Source: an uncultured virus (IMG/VR IMGVR_UViG_3300027708_000053) (taxonomy: Duplodnaviria > Heunggongvirae > Uroviricota > Caudoviricetes). Taken from it: a stretch of DNA of 64,000 bases. Both the position numbers and the translations under genes were made by a program. The stretch lies in the IMG/VR virus record IMGVR_UViG_3300027708_000053. One strand, 5' to 3'. The notes beneath the pieces are model-generated. The model saw only the letters and a program-made list of their open reading frames with translations. It was not told where the DNA came from and ran no database searches. Each line of letters opens with the position of its first letter. Within the stretch, counting starts at the first letter, position 1. This document shows, one piece after another, positions 35,961 through 45,422 of the stretch.

Positions 35961-35991
35961 TGAAAAGGGAGACGAAAGTCTCCCTTTTTTT
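35961..35991. terminator. Bidirectional intrinsic terminator
   Basis: AAAAGGGAGAC-GAAA-GTCTCCCTTTTTT between convergent genes. Confidence 0.9.
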
Positions 35992-38158
35992 ATGCAACCA
36001 TACTAAATAATCTATTATATCTAATACTAGCATCAGATGGTTCTAATGGCCCTGGGTTATCAGGATCAATAGGGTTTGCAGAACGCTCAGTTCTTGGTGC
36101 CGGCGTTGCAGGTGTGTCTACAGCTGTCGCTGGCGGTGCTGTTGGTGCTGCAGGTACTGCTCTTTCAGCAATGGCATTTTGTGTGGAAACATCGGATAAT
36201 GTTCTCCCTACACTTACAGATGGTGCTTGTGGTACAGGTCCTGCAGTTTGAGATGATTGTGGGCTTGATGATGAAGATGATGGTACAGGTCTTGCAGTTT
36301 GAGATGATTGTGGGCTTGATGATGAAGATGATGGTATAGGTCTTGCAGTTTGAGATGATTGTGGGTTTGACGTATTTCCCTGATTTACCCTTGAACGCGT
36401 TGATCCCCCACCTTGCCAATTAAGTGGATCTGAACTCCTTGGGCGACGAATTGTTGCCGGTGTTATACTATTAAAAGCCCTTTCGGTATCACTATTAATT
36501 CTCCCGGCTGGCGGTGCACCTCTACCCATCAATTGAGCCGCTGTGGTACCAGCCAATTCAATACGTGCTCTTTGAGCTTGTTGTATACCAGGTATGGTTG
36601 TTTCAGATGGTGCTGGTTCGGGATTATAATTACCGACAGAATTTACTGATATTAATGATGGACTTCTATTATCTTGCTCTCCGGCAAATACACCTCCTTG
36701 TGGTCCTGGAATCGGCGGTAGTTCTGATTCACCTCTTCTTTGTCTAATTAAACGTAGACGTTCAAAAGTACCTTCTGGGGGTGATGGGCGCTCGGAAATA
36801 GGAACATTATTTAATGTTGATAAACTTTGTATAAAACCGTTTTCTAATGCATTTCTTTGTGTCAAATCATGCGGAATGGAAATTCCTTCTACATTATTAC
36901 TAGCGTTCTCTGATGCATCCAATTCATTAAGTGATCGTATATAATTTTCAATAGGTCTTGTGAGTTGTGCTGCTTCACTTAGTTTCTGTTGATTTAATGG
37001 ATTTTCTTCACCAGCAAATGTTCGTCCAGCAGCACCTAAACGCATAGGCTCTGGTTCGGGATTATAATTATTAACATTTGGACTAATAAGTCCTCGTTGA
37101 GCCGGTGGTAAACTATTAAAAGCCCTTTCGGTATCACTATTAATTCTTCCTGCCGGTGGTGCACCTCTACCCATCAATTGAGCCGCGGTTGTGCCTGCAA
37201 GTCTTACACGTGATGCATTTGCCCTTGATGCATCAACTGACATAGGGGTTGGTTCAGGGCTATAATTATTAACATTCGGACTTATTAATCTAGGAGCAGT
37301 ACTTGTATTTGCTGGTGTTGTCACAGTTTTTGGTGGTGTATTTTGGTCGGAACTTTGCTGTTGATCATTCCCAGAATTTCGTAAAGCTGAAACACCTGCC
37401 GCTCCGGCTATTCCTAAACCAACTCCACCTATCGCAAAACCCACCAGTCTTAATAAACTTTTTAAACCATCAAAAAGTCCACCACCGCCACCGATGTTTG
37501 TATTTGGATTATTATTACCCGGTGCTAATGGATTATTATTTCGATTACCTATTATACCATTAAGTATTTCTGTTAAAATAGAATTGGTAGTTCTTTGACT
37601 ACTAACAATACTGGATAAAATTGCAGTTACACCGCTATCCGATGAACGTGTATTTGATTGTGATGTATCATTACTTTTATTTTTATCACCACCACGATAC
37701 ACACCACCTAATAATGCTCCCAATAATGGAAACATTTTATTAAATGCTTTACTGCCTTTACCTAAAATAAAATCCTTAAAAGATTTTTGTGTATTTTCTT
37801 GTTGTTCAAGGTCTCGTTGTTTTTTAGTTTTCTGTTTTGTTTTTTTGACTTTATTTTGTTTATCTATAACGATCGGTTTATCCGTGTCATCGATAGCAGA
37901 TTTTTCATCTGCTTTTTTTAAAAATTCTTCTGTGGCTTTCTCACCAATTTTTTCTTTAATTGCTTTAACCATTGCGGGATTTGCAAGAACTTCATCTGTA
38001 GAAATAGCAGTTTTACTTTTTTTTGGTAATGGCGCTGGCTTTCCTTTACTTTCCGCCAAAGCTGATTCAATCTGAGCTTTTACTATATCACTCATTCCTT
38101 TATACTCGGGACTGTTAACTAAATCAGCTAGAGTTGTAGTTGTTGGTTTCTTTGCCAT
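35990..38158 (-). CDS. Long low-complexity virion/tail protein (tape-measure/hub-associated candidate)
   Basis: 722 aa, internal repeats, one hydrophobic segment; downstream of gp26/gp51. Confidence 0.6.
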   Translation of the reverse strand: MAKKPTTTTLADLVNSPEYKGMSDIVKAQIESALAESKGKPAPLPKKSKTAISTDEVLANPAMVKAIKEKIGEKATEEFLKKADEKSAIDDTDKPIVIDKQNKVKKTKQKTKKQRDLEQQENTQKSFKDFILGKGSKAFNKMFPLLGALLGGVYRGGDKNKSNDTSQSNTRSSDSGVTAILSSIVSSQRTTNSILTEILNGIIGNRNNNPLAPGNNNPNTNIGGGGGLFDGLKSLLRLVGFAIGGVGLGIAGAAGVSALRNSGNDQQQSSDQNTPPKTVTTPANTSTAPRLISPNVNNYSPEPTPMSVDASRANASRVRLAGTTAAQLMGRGAPPAGRINSDTERAFNSLPPAQRGLISPNVNNYNPEPEPMRLGAAGRTFAGEENPLNQQKLSEAAQLTRPIENYIRSLNELDASENASNNVEGISIPHDLTQRNALENGFIQSLSTLNNVPISERPSPPEGTFERLRLIRQRRGESELPPIPGPQGGVFAGEQDNRSPSLISVNSVGNYNPEPAPSETTIPGIQQAQRARIELAGTTAAQLMGRGAPPAGRINSDTERAFNSITPATIRRPRSSDPLNWQGGGSTRSRVNQGNTSNPQSSQTARPIPSSSSSSPQSSQTARPVPSSSSSSPQSSQTAGPVPQAPSVSVGRTLSDVSTQNAIAERAVPAAPTAPPATAVDTPATPAPRTERSANPIDPDNPGPLEPSDASIRYNRLFSMVA

Positions 38159-38169
38159 ATTTTATACTC

Positions 38170-41100
38170 TTACTTTATATTCTTTTTTAAACCAAACGCG
38201 GATTCTAATCTATTACGTAAAGGTACCTCAGTAGCAGATACATTATTTGTTCTAATATTATTAGATGATGCTGATCCCATTTGATTTTGCTGTCCTGGTA
38301 TTCTTAGTATACTGCTTAATATCTCTTGAAAAGTTTTTGCACGACGTTGATCTGCAGCAACCATATTTGTACCAGCTTGAGTTAATCTTGATCCAGTTTG
38401 TGGAACTGATTCTGATCGTGATGTTAAACTTTGTGGTGTTGAACTTCTTTGTACATTTTGCGGTAATGGTACATTTCCATGTTGTCTCTGAAATGTTCTC
38501 ATCCAATTTGCTTGATACTGAGCACTTGTTAAACCACGATTAACAGCTAAAGCCTCTGCCGTCATTCGACCTTGTGCATTACCGGTATACCAAACCAAAG
38601 GCACAACAGATATATCGTTGTTATTTGCTGCTAATATCGAATTAACATAAGCAGCTGCTACAGCATCTTGAATTTCTGGAGGCGCATCAATAGCTCTACG
38701 ATATTCAGTACCTATACCAAATTGTCTAGTGACTCCCCTCCATGTTCTATCAATAAATTGATATGCACCAGATGCAGATCCTACAGGATTTTGAGCGCGA
38801 TAATTATTACCTGATTCTCTAGTTCTTAATGTATACAATATTTGTGAAGTTGTATCAACAGTTGATGAACTATTATTTTGACGCTGTTGTGGTGCTGGTA
38901 TATTTTCTACTTGTTTAGCACTAACCGAACTATTATTAACTGGAGTTGCATCACCACCAGAACCACCATTTTCATCACCACCACCAGATCCATCACTTTC
39001 ATCTTTATTTTGAGTTGCAGGTGTAGCATCAGATGGTTGCTGAACTCCGGATATGCCAATATTTGCCAAAATATTTAAATATGGCGCTTGTCTTTGATTT
39101 TCGGGAATATTTTGTCCGTTACGTAGTCTACGAGCAACATCTTCATTATATTCTTTATCTAAATTTTCGGCCATTTCGATAATACGATCATATTGAGAAG
39201 ATATTTCTGCATTTTCTTCTTTGATTGTATTTTCTAAGTCTTGTATTTTTGTCTGATCTGTTTCATTATCAAATTGATCTAAAAGACCATTATATGCTTC
39301 TAGTCTTCTTATTAGATTATTTAATGTGGTAAAAAATGTCTGTCTATTTCTGACACTTATTGATACTGTTCTAGCTTTAAGTTCAACTAACCCAACATAT
39401 ACGTCATAAACTAAATATACTCCACTAGCTATCCCTAATACTCTAAGTCCAAGCGATCCTAAAATTCTTAAACCTCTTAGACCAAGTCTAATTGATCTGT
39501 AAGGAGTTGATCTTGGTACTCTCGATTCTGATAATGTTGATATTCTTTGTCTTACAACAGGTGTAGCAGGACCTGCAGCCGGAGGCGGTGGTGGTGCTAC
39601 AAGATTTATTGGTCCTGGGGGTCTAGGTATAGCAGCTGGGGGTGGCACAGCAGTTACTGTTGGTGGGATTCTAGGTATTGGTGCAGAAGAAGATGATAGT
39701 GGTGGTAAACTACTAGTTCCTACATTAGGAGTTGGTATACCTCTCCCCGGTACTACGCTCACAGCGGAAGATGGCACAGCACTTACCGTTGGTGGGATTA
39801 ATTGTTCAGCCCGGCGACTCACTAATCTTTGAAGTTGATCAACTTGTTGGGATGTTTGTCTTTGAATTACCCGAGCTCTTTCAACAGATCTTATATTTTC
39901 AAGTGCTTGCCTTTGTGTAGTTCCTAATCTTTCAAATTCAAGATTTTGTATAGCACGTAGTTCTTCAATTGTACTAGCCTGTGCAATTCTTTGACTAATA
40001 CTGAGTGAATTAACCGGTCGTGGTATAGTAGTTGCTGTCCCAGGTGGTGCTGCTGGTCTTGCTGAAACTGGGGGTGTCGCCGGTCTCGGTGGTATATTTC
40101 CTGGTGTTGTTGGTCTTGCCGAGGATCCTCCTGCTTCCGGTGGAGCGCCTGGTCTTGTTCCTGGTTCTACCGCAGTTGGTGTTCTTCCTGCCTCTGGTGG
40201 TGCACCTGGTCTTGATCTAGGCGATGCAGGCCTTGCTGTCCCCGATGGTTCAGAAAGTACTGATGATCTTGTTCTTGGTTCTGTAAGCGCTGGTGTTCCT
40301 GTCGGTGCTGATGGAACACCTGGTCTTGATCCAGGTGGTGCAGGTCTTGCTGTTCCTGACGGTTCCGAAAGTACTGATGGTCTTGTTCTTGGTTCTGTAG
40401 GCGCTGGTGTTTCTACTGCTCCAGATGGCGCACCAGGTCTTGGTGGAGCGCCGGGTCTTGGTGGTGCTTCTGGTGTTGGCGGCGCACCGGGTCTTGATCC
40501 AGGTGCACCAGGTCTTGGTGGTGCTTCAGGTGTTGGTGGTGCACCTGGTCTTGATCCAGGCGGTGCAGGTCTTGGTGTTTCCACTGCTCCAGGTGCCGTG
40601 CCGGGTCTCGATCCAGGTGCACCAGGTCTTGGTGGTGCTTCTGGTGTTGGTGGTGCACTTGGTCTTGGTGGAGCACCCGGTCTTGGTGGTGCTTCTGGTG
40701 GTGCACCAGGTCTTGGTACATTAGTCGGTGGTCTTACAGTTGGGCCTGATCTCGATAGTTTTCTAATTGCATCCCATGTAGAATAACCAGTTGCACCTAA
40801 TCCTGCTATAGTAAGTAAATCATCCAATACACTATTATTGTTTCTATTATTATTTGATGGACCATTACCAGTTCCACCACCTTGATTATTATTCGATGGA
40901 TTATTATTTAATAATGATGGTCCAAGAAAAGTATTATTTGAATTTTTTACTTGCTGTAAAATTTGATTTAATATATCGTTTTGTCTATTCTGATTTTCTA
41001 ATATTTGTCCATACAAATTATTTGTTATTTGTGCGGTAGGTGTCCCTGAAGTCAACGATTGATTTTCATTTGATCCACCACGATATACACCACCCAATAA

Positions 41101-41259
41101 TCTCCCCAACTGTGGGAACATTTTATTGAATGCTTTACTACCTATTCTTAATACTTTTTTGCCACCCTCGCTTTTTGCATTTATACGTGCAGCCGCTTTA
41201 GGTTTTTTTGCTGCTATATTAGCTAGTCTTGTGGCTCTAGGTAAAGATCTTTTTGCCAT
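38170..41259 (-). CDS. Tape-measure/hub-like tail protein with Pro-rich repeats and a lysozyme-like (SLT/Rpf-type) domain
   Basis: RESGNNY..NP.GSASGAYQFIDRTW..A..APPEIQD; a hydrophobic segment; PxPGAP repeats. Confidence 0.7.
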   Translation of the reverse strand: MAKRSLPRATRLANIAAKKPKAAARINAKSEGGKKVLRIGSKAFNKMFPQLGRLLGGVYRGGSNENQSLTSGTPTAQITNNLYGQILENQNRQNDILNQILQQVKNSNNTFLGPSLLNNNPSNNNQGGGTGNGPSNNNRNNNSVLDDLLTIAGLGATGYSTWDAIRKLSRSGPTVRPPTNVPRPGAPPEAPPRPGAPPRPSAPPTPEAPPRPGAPGSRPGTAPGAVETPRPAPPGSRPGAPPTPEAPPRPGAPGSRPGAPPTPEAPPRPGAPPRPGAPSGAVETPAPTEPRTRPSVLSEPSGTARPAPPGSRPGVPSAPTGTPALTEPRTRSSVLSEPSGTARPASPRSRPGAPPEAGRTPTAVEPGTRPGAPPEAGGSSARPTTPGNIPPRPATPPVSARPAAPPGTATTIPRPVNSLSISQRIAQASTIEELRAIQNLEFERLGTTQRQALENIRSVERARVIQRQTSQQVDQLQRLVSRRAEQLIPPTVSAVPSSAVSVVPGRGIPTPNVGTSSLPPLSSSSAPIPRIPPTVTAVPPPAAIPRPPGPINLVAPPPPPAAGPATPVVRQRISTLSESRVPRSTPYRSIRLGLRGLRILGSLGLRVLGIASGVYLVYDVYVGLVELKARTVSISVRNRQTFFTTLNNLIRRLEAYNGLLDQFDNETDQTKIQDLENTIKEENAEISSQYDRIIEMAENLDKEYNEDVARRLRNGQNIPENQRQAPYLNILANIGISGVQQPSDATPATQNKDESDGSGGGDENGGSGGDATPVNNSSVSAKQVENIPAPQQRQNNSSSTVDTTSQILYTLRTRESGNNYRAQNPVGSASGAYQFIDRTWRGVTRQFGIGTEYRRAIDAPPEIQDAVAAAYVNSILAANNNDISVVPLVWYTGNAQGRMTAEALAVNRGLTSAQYQANWMRTFQRQHGNVPLPQNVQRSSTPQSLTSRSESVPQTGSRLTQAGTNMVAADQRRAKTFQEILSSILRIPGQQNQMGSASSNNIRTNNVSATEVPLRNRLESAFGLKKNIK
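40020..40760 (-). repeat. Coding tandem repeats (PRPGAPP/TPEAPP and TEPRTRxSVLSEPSGTARPA)
   Basis: Recurrent CCAGGTCTTGGTGGTGC-like units on the + strand. Confidence 0.85.
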
Positions 41260-41261
41260 TA

Positions 41262-41561
41262 TTATTTACTTGTCGACATTTTTTCTTGACTTCTGCTAAA
41301 AGCATAAACACCAAGAATAGCACCAAATGATAAATGAATTAGTCCGCCATTTGAAAGGGTCAGACTTTCCCATTTAGCATATGGTGCATGAGTAAAAACA
41401 GGTAGAAACATCATAATTAAAGGAAAGATTATGAAATCAAATGCACACATCGCCATGTATAGCCAACCCATTGCTGGACGCCAATACTGTTTAACCCAGT
41501 GCTCATTTTGTATTTCCAGCTGTTGATTTAAAACACTATTATCAATATTACTATCAGACAT
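41262..41561 (-). CDS. Holin-like membrane protein (3TM-holin-like)
   Basis: WRPAMGW motif, hydrophobic segments, GAILGVYAFSRSQEK. Confidence 0.65.
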   Translation of the reverse strand: MSDSNIDNSVLNQQLEIQNEHWVKQYWRPAMGWLYMAMCAFDFIIFPLIMMFLPVFTHAPYAKWESLTLSNGGLIHLSFGAILGVYAFSRSQEKMSTSK

Positions 41562-41736
41562 TACGATTCCTTTGTTCTTCAAGTTCCTTCAGATATTGCA
41601 GGAGCATTTCAACAAAGATATCACGTTCAAAAGGTATTAAATTTTCAACATCTGCAATTGAATATTTATGGTGTTGAACCAATGAAAATAATGAAGTATA
41701 GTAATTTTCTAGTGTATTATGATTTAGCCCAACATA
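41554..41736 (-). CDS. 51: gp51-like baseplate hub assembly segment with no proper start (probably reached by -1 frameshift from gp26)
   Basis: YVGLNHNTLENYYTSLFSLVQHHKYSIADVENLIPFERDIFVEML... Confidence 0.75.
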   Translation of the reverse strand, partial: YVGLNHNTLENYYTSLFSLVQHHKYSIADVENLIPFERDIFVEMLLQYLKELEEQRNRNV

Positions 41737-42434
41737 AAAAAATCGGCGAGCGAAGTCAGCTCAATTACCCTATCTTTTTGATTTTTATTTTTATATTCGA
41801 TCCGATGATAGAGTTTTGGCATGTTGGACATGAATGTTTGAATCTTTTCAAATACATCAACATCTAAATCATTTAAAAATTCTTCTATCTCTTCTCTGCT
41901 GTATTCGGAAGGATCATAAACATCATCACCTTCATAAATCTTATCAATACAACGGAGAATAAGTTCATAAAAAACATCTTCGCCTGAATTTGCAAAATCC
42001 TTGTCATCAAATAGTGATGCAGGTGGGTGTTTCATAACAATGGTGATCTTGTCATCAACCTTGATAATTTGATCCACTTTTTCTGGAAACTTAACTTCTA
42101 TTTTTAAAAGATCAATTTCAAAATCATATACTTCTGTATCTTCATTATCAATATATGAAACCTTTACCATATTGTTGATTGAAACAGCTCTTAATCGTAG
42201 GAACAAATATTCAACATCAAAGATGGCAATCTTATCAATATCAAATGATTTATTAATAGCACAGTTATTGACTACTTGCTTAACTGCTCTTAGAATATCG
42301 CCTTGATCACCTGATGCTTTTGCCATTAAAAGAATTTTCTCCTCGCGAACAAGAAAAGGTCTGAACAATTCCTTTTTTCTTATTGATGGGATTGTGAATT
42401 CATGGATTGGGTGTTTGATTTTAGGTAGTGGCAT
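41724..42434 (-). CDS. 26: Baseplate hub assembly protein gp26
   Basis: MPLPKI, FRPFLVREEKILL, FDVEYLFLRLRAVS, ends LADFFMLG. Confidence 0.9.
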   Translation of the reverse strand: MPLPKIKHPIHEFTIPSIRKKELFRPFLVREEKILLMAKASGDQGDILRAVKQVVNNCAINKSFDIDKIAIFDVEYLFLRLRAVSINNMVKVSYIDNEDTEVYDFEIDLLKIEVKFPEKVDQIIKVDDKITIVMKHPPASLFDDKDFANSGEDVFYELILRCIDKIYEGDDVYDPSEYSREEIEEFLNDLDVDVFEKIQTFMSNMPKLYHRIEYKNKNQKDRVIELTSLADFFMLG

Positions 42435-42456
42435 AATATAACTCCATTGTTAAAGA

Positions 42457-43272
42457 TTATCGTTCATTTTCTAATGCTCTCAGTTGTTCTTGAAGCTCGG
42501 GGGAATAATTATTAAAAGCACTTCCACCACGAATCGCCCAGTTATTTGAACGAATTCGTTGTGCACCTTTATCAAAACCACCTTGATTTATAACAGGTTG
42601 TGGTGTAGGCAATATTGTAACTGGTCTTTCGGGTGCTGCTGCTGGTGCAACTTGACTTGATGCAAATATTCTATCACCAGGTATGTTACCAGATTCATAC
42701 GCAGGAATTGTTTCAAATCCTTCAAAATACCATTCTCTGAAAGTAAAGCCTACATTAATCATCATTAAATTATTTCTATTAGACCAAGACAAATCAACAT
42801 CATTTAATGAAATAGGATAAGCTTCCTTAAGAACTACCACATTAACATTTTCACCTTTATTATTATATACAGTAATTTTAATGGTTGGTGATGTATAGTA
42901 TTGCTTATATTCCGATGTATATTTTATGGTTCCATTTCCACGATCACTGAAATCAAAAATTTCATTAATCCACCAAGCAAAACTTTTCCAAATAAAATTA
43001 CTTTCGGTTTCAATAAACGATATAGTAATATCATTGAAATTTACATTTGTTGGATTTTTTTGTTGAGGTCCTACACCATAACGATATGTACTAAGTACAT
43101 CAAAATTAATACTAGGTATTCTTACATTGGAAGCTCTAAATTCTAATATTCTGTTGAAATCATCATCAGAGAATATTCTCGGTTTTGTTATACTGACAAT
43201 AAATTTGTTATTCTGTAGCGTACCACGTTCATTAATTTTTGTGGAAAATTCAGCTATGTTAAATCCAGCCAT
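42457..43272 (-). CDS. 54: Baseplate tail-tube initiator gp54-like
   Basis: EAYPISL..V.LSW..V.FTFR tube-like fold; synteny. Confidence 0.7.
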   Translation of the reverse strand: MAGFNIAEFSTKINERGTLQNNKFIVSITKPRIFSDDDFNRILEFRASNVRIPSINFDVLSTYRYGVGPQQKNPTNVNFNDITISFIETESNFIWKSFAWWINEIFDFSDRGNGTIKYTSEYKQYYTSPTIKITVYNNKGENVNVVVLKEAYPISLNDVDLSWSNRNNLMMINVGFTFREWYFEGFETIPAYESGNIPGDRIFASSQVAPAAAPERPVTILPTPQPVINQGGFDKGAQRIRSNNWAIRGGSAFNNYSPELQEQLRALENER

Positions 43273-43871
43273 TAGATCATACCTCTTGAATCTTTCCAGA
43301 CTTGTTCTTTAGTTGCTTTTTTGAATTGCTCTGTCGGTAACATTAATGCTGAATCCCAATTTGTAGGTTCAATATTTAGGTAGCTGCTTTGAACATAAGC
43401 ACCAAGATAATGTTTAATACATGGACTAAAATATCGATAACGAGAAGCATTGCTTAGAATACTGTATGATATTTTAAGTTTTGTGGTATCATTATAAGCA
43501 TTGTTATTGATTGTTTGATATATAGCATTCATTAACTTTGCTCTTAGAACGGGTGGTAAGTAATGAAGATTAATACCTAAAAATCCATCTTTTTTTAAAT
43601 CGATCGGAAACACTAAAGGAAACATATCATAATAAGGAAGTGTTTCTTTATGTTTTGGCAAATACGAAAACATATACATTTTACCAATTGATTCGGCATC
43701 AATTGAATTAACCAAATTTTCACGATCATCCAACATCAAATTTTTATTGACTCTTTGTACTTTCTGTGCTGCATTCTGAAACCATCTTCTAGCATCTCTG
43801 CGTTTTGTGGTTTCATTAATACCTTCAGCACGGCCTCTTTCTGATAATTGTTGAAAAATATAAGCTGTCAT
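43272..43871 (-). CDS. 2: DNA end protector gp2
   Basis: GKMYMFSY.PK.K.TLPYYD.FPL, GINLHYL. Confidence 0.92.
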   Translation of the reverse strand: MTAYIFQQLSERGRAEGINETTKRRDARRWFQNAAQKVQRVNKNLMLDDRENLVNSIDAESIGKMYMFSYLPKHKETLPYYDMFPLVFPIDLKKDGFLGINLHYLPPVLRAKLMNAIYQTINNNAYNDTTKLKISYSILSNASRYRYFSPCIKHYLGAYVQSSYLNIEPTNWDSALMLPTEQFKKATKEQVWKDSRGMI

Positions 43872-44299
43872 TTACCGTAAATATCTTTTTCGGTCATTAT
43901 TTGGAATTTCCATCCTCGATTTTTGCAATATTCTTCCGCCGCATGCCATTTTGCAGAATTTACACCCCATGTATATACTTCGTTAATATATCTTTTAGTT
44001 GGAGTCTTTTGTTTCTTGGGTTCAATTGTTTGCGCCAAAGGTTTTACTTCGATCATAATCGTTTCTTTATTCCTTGTATTTATAATAAAGTCGGGAAAGT
44101 AACGATGAATTTTTCCATCAATTGGTGAACGATATTGAACCACATGTTCTTCTGATGACCACCATACCACATTTTGATGCTCATCAAAGTGAGACATGAG
44201 TCGTAATTCCCAACTAGAACGATATACGATATTAGTTGGATTCCCTTTATATTTATGAGGGTTTAAAGGTTTGAAAAAGCCTTGTAGATATTTTGCCAT
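43868..44299 (-). CDS. 4: Head completion nuclease gp4
   Basis: KYKGNPTNIVYRSSWE, HRYFPDF, IEVKP, NSAKW. Confidence 0.94.
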   Translation of the reverse strand: MAKYLQGFFKPLNPHKYKGNPTNIVYRSSWELRLMSHFDEHQNVVWWSSEEHVVQYRSPIDGKIHRYFPDFIINTRNKETIMIEVKPLAQTIEPKKQKTPTKRYINEVYTWGVNSAKWHAAEEYCKNRGWKFQIMTEKDIYGK

Positions 44300-44312
44300 T
44301 TTGAATTATCAG

Positions 44313-44338
44313 TATAAATAAGAATAATCATATTTATT
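44313..44338. promoter_or_regulatory. Divergent late promoters
   Basis: TATAAATA (+) 44313-44320; AATAAATA (-) 44331-44338. Confidence 0.75.
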
Positions 44339-44351
44339 CTAGGACTGGAAA

Positions 44352-45404
44352 ATGGGTATACTTACTACTGCTGCTGGAGGTGCTAGTGTCGTCAGTGCTA
44401 CAGTACAAACTGTCGGTGCGGTTGCAACCGGTGTTGCTGTTGGCGCTGGTGCTTATTTAGCTTATGGTGATGCTCAAAATCTTTATAATTCTAGATCTGA
44501 AATGGCAAATCAATTCCAACAACAAAGTGAATTTCCCAGTGATTTAACCACAACCACCAAATTTTATATGTCATTTCTTTTTCAAGAATATGTAAAAAGA
44601 TCAATTAATAATTCACCATTTTTAAGATCAAAAAGTACAATTAGATTACCTATACCCGATAATTTAAAAGATAATACATCAGTTAGTTATTCAACACCTG
44701 ATATGGATCCTTTAGTTGGTGCCGCTTTGGAACAAGCAGCAATAAATCGAGAACAAACAGGTAGTGCTATTTCTTCACTTCAATCCGTAGCAGATATTGG
44801 AACGTCAGCCTTAAAAGGAGTTGCTGCGGAATTTGTACAGGGTTTACAAGATACTAATGCAGGTAAAGGAATTAGATCATACCTCGGATTAACAGTTAAT
44901 CCGTACCAAACGGTTTTATTTGAACGACCAAATTTTAAATCACATACATTTACTTGGAAATTAATACCTAAAAATGAAATCGAGAGTGGTATTGTTAGAG
45001 ATATCATTACCACTTTTCAATATCATTCATTACCTGGTATAAGTGATGGTATAGGTTTAATATTTTCATTCCCAAGTATGGTAACAGTTAGTTTACATCC
45101 TTCAAGTGAATTTTTGTATAGATTCAAACCTGCAGTTGTTGAAAGTATTTCAGTAAATTATGCACCTGGTTCTGCTCCTTCCTTTTACAGAAGAACTGAT
45201 GCACCAACTGCAGTTACAATTACTATACAATTAAAAGAGATTGAATACTGGACTAATAGAGATTACACATCAACAAGATCAAATGATACAGTTGCTGAAA
45301 ATGCGGCGCCAATACCCGCAAGTCAACTTATTCGTGATGTACAAACCAACAGTGAAGCAATTAATCAAGCCGCACAATTTTCCACAGTACAATTACCAGG
45401 TTAA
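44352..45404 (+). CDS. 48: Baseplate tail-tube cap gp48
   Basis: LPIP, VNPYQTVLF, F.WKLIPKN..E, I.VNYAP, LKEIE. Confidence 0.82.
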   Translation: MGILTTAAGGASVVSATVQTVGAVATGVAVGAGAYLAYGDAQNLYNSRSEMANQFQQQSEFPSDLTTTTKFYMSFLFQEYVKRSINNSPFLRSKSTIRLPIPDNLKDNTSVSYSTPDMDPLVGAALEQAAINREQTGSAISSLQSVADIGTSALKGVAAEFVQGLQDTNAGKGIRSYLGLTVNPYQTVLFERPNFKSHTFTWKLIPKNEIESGIVRDIITTFQYHSLPGISDGIGLIFSFPSMVTVSLHPSSEFLYRFKPAVVESISVNYAPGSAPSFYRRTDAPTAVTITIQLKEIEYWTNRDYTSTRSNDTVAENAAPIPASQLIRDVQTNSEAINQAAQFSTVQLPG

Positions 45405-45422
45405 TAATTAGGAATTTAAAGA

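Noticed and set aside
40407..40786. His/Gln/Val-rich ORFs in alternative frames
   Set aside because: Artefacts of the Pro-rich coding repeat on the minus strand.
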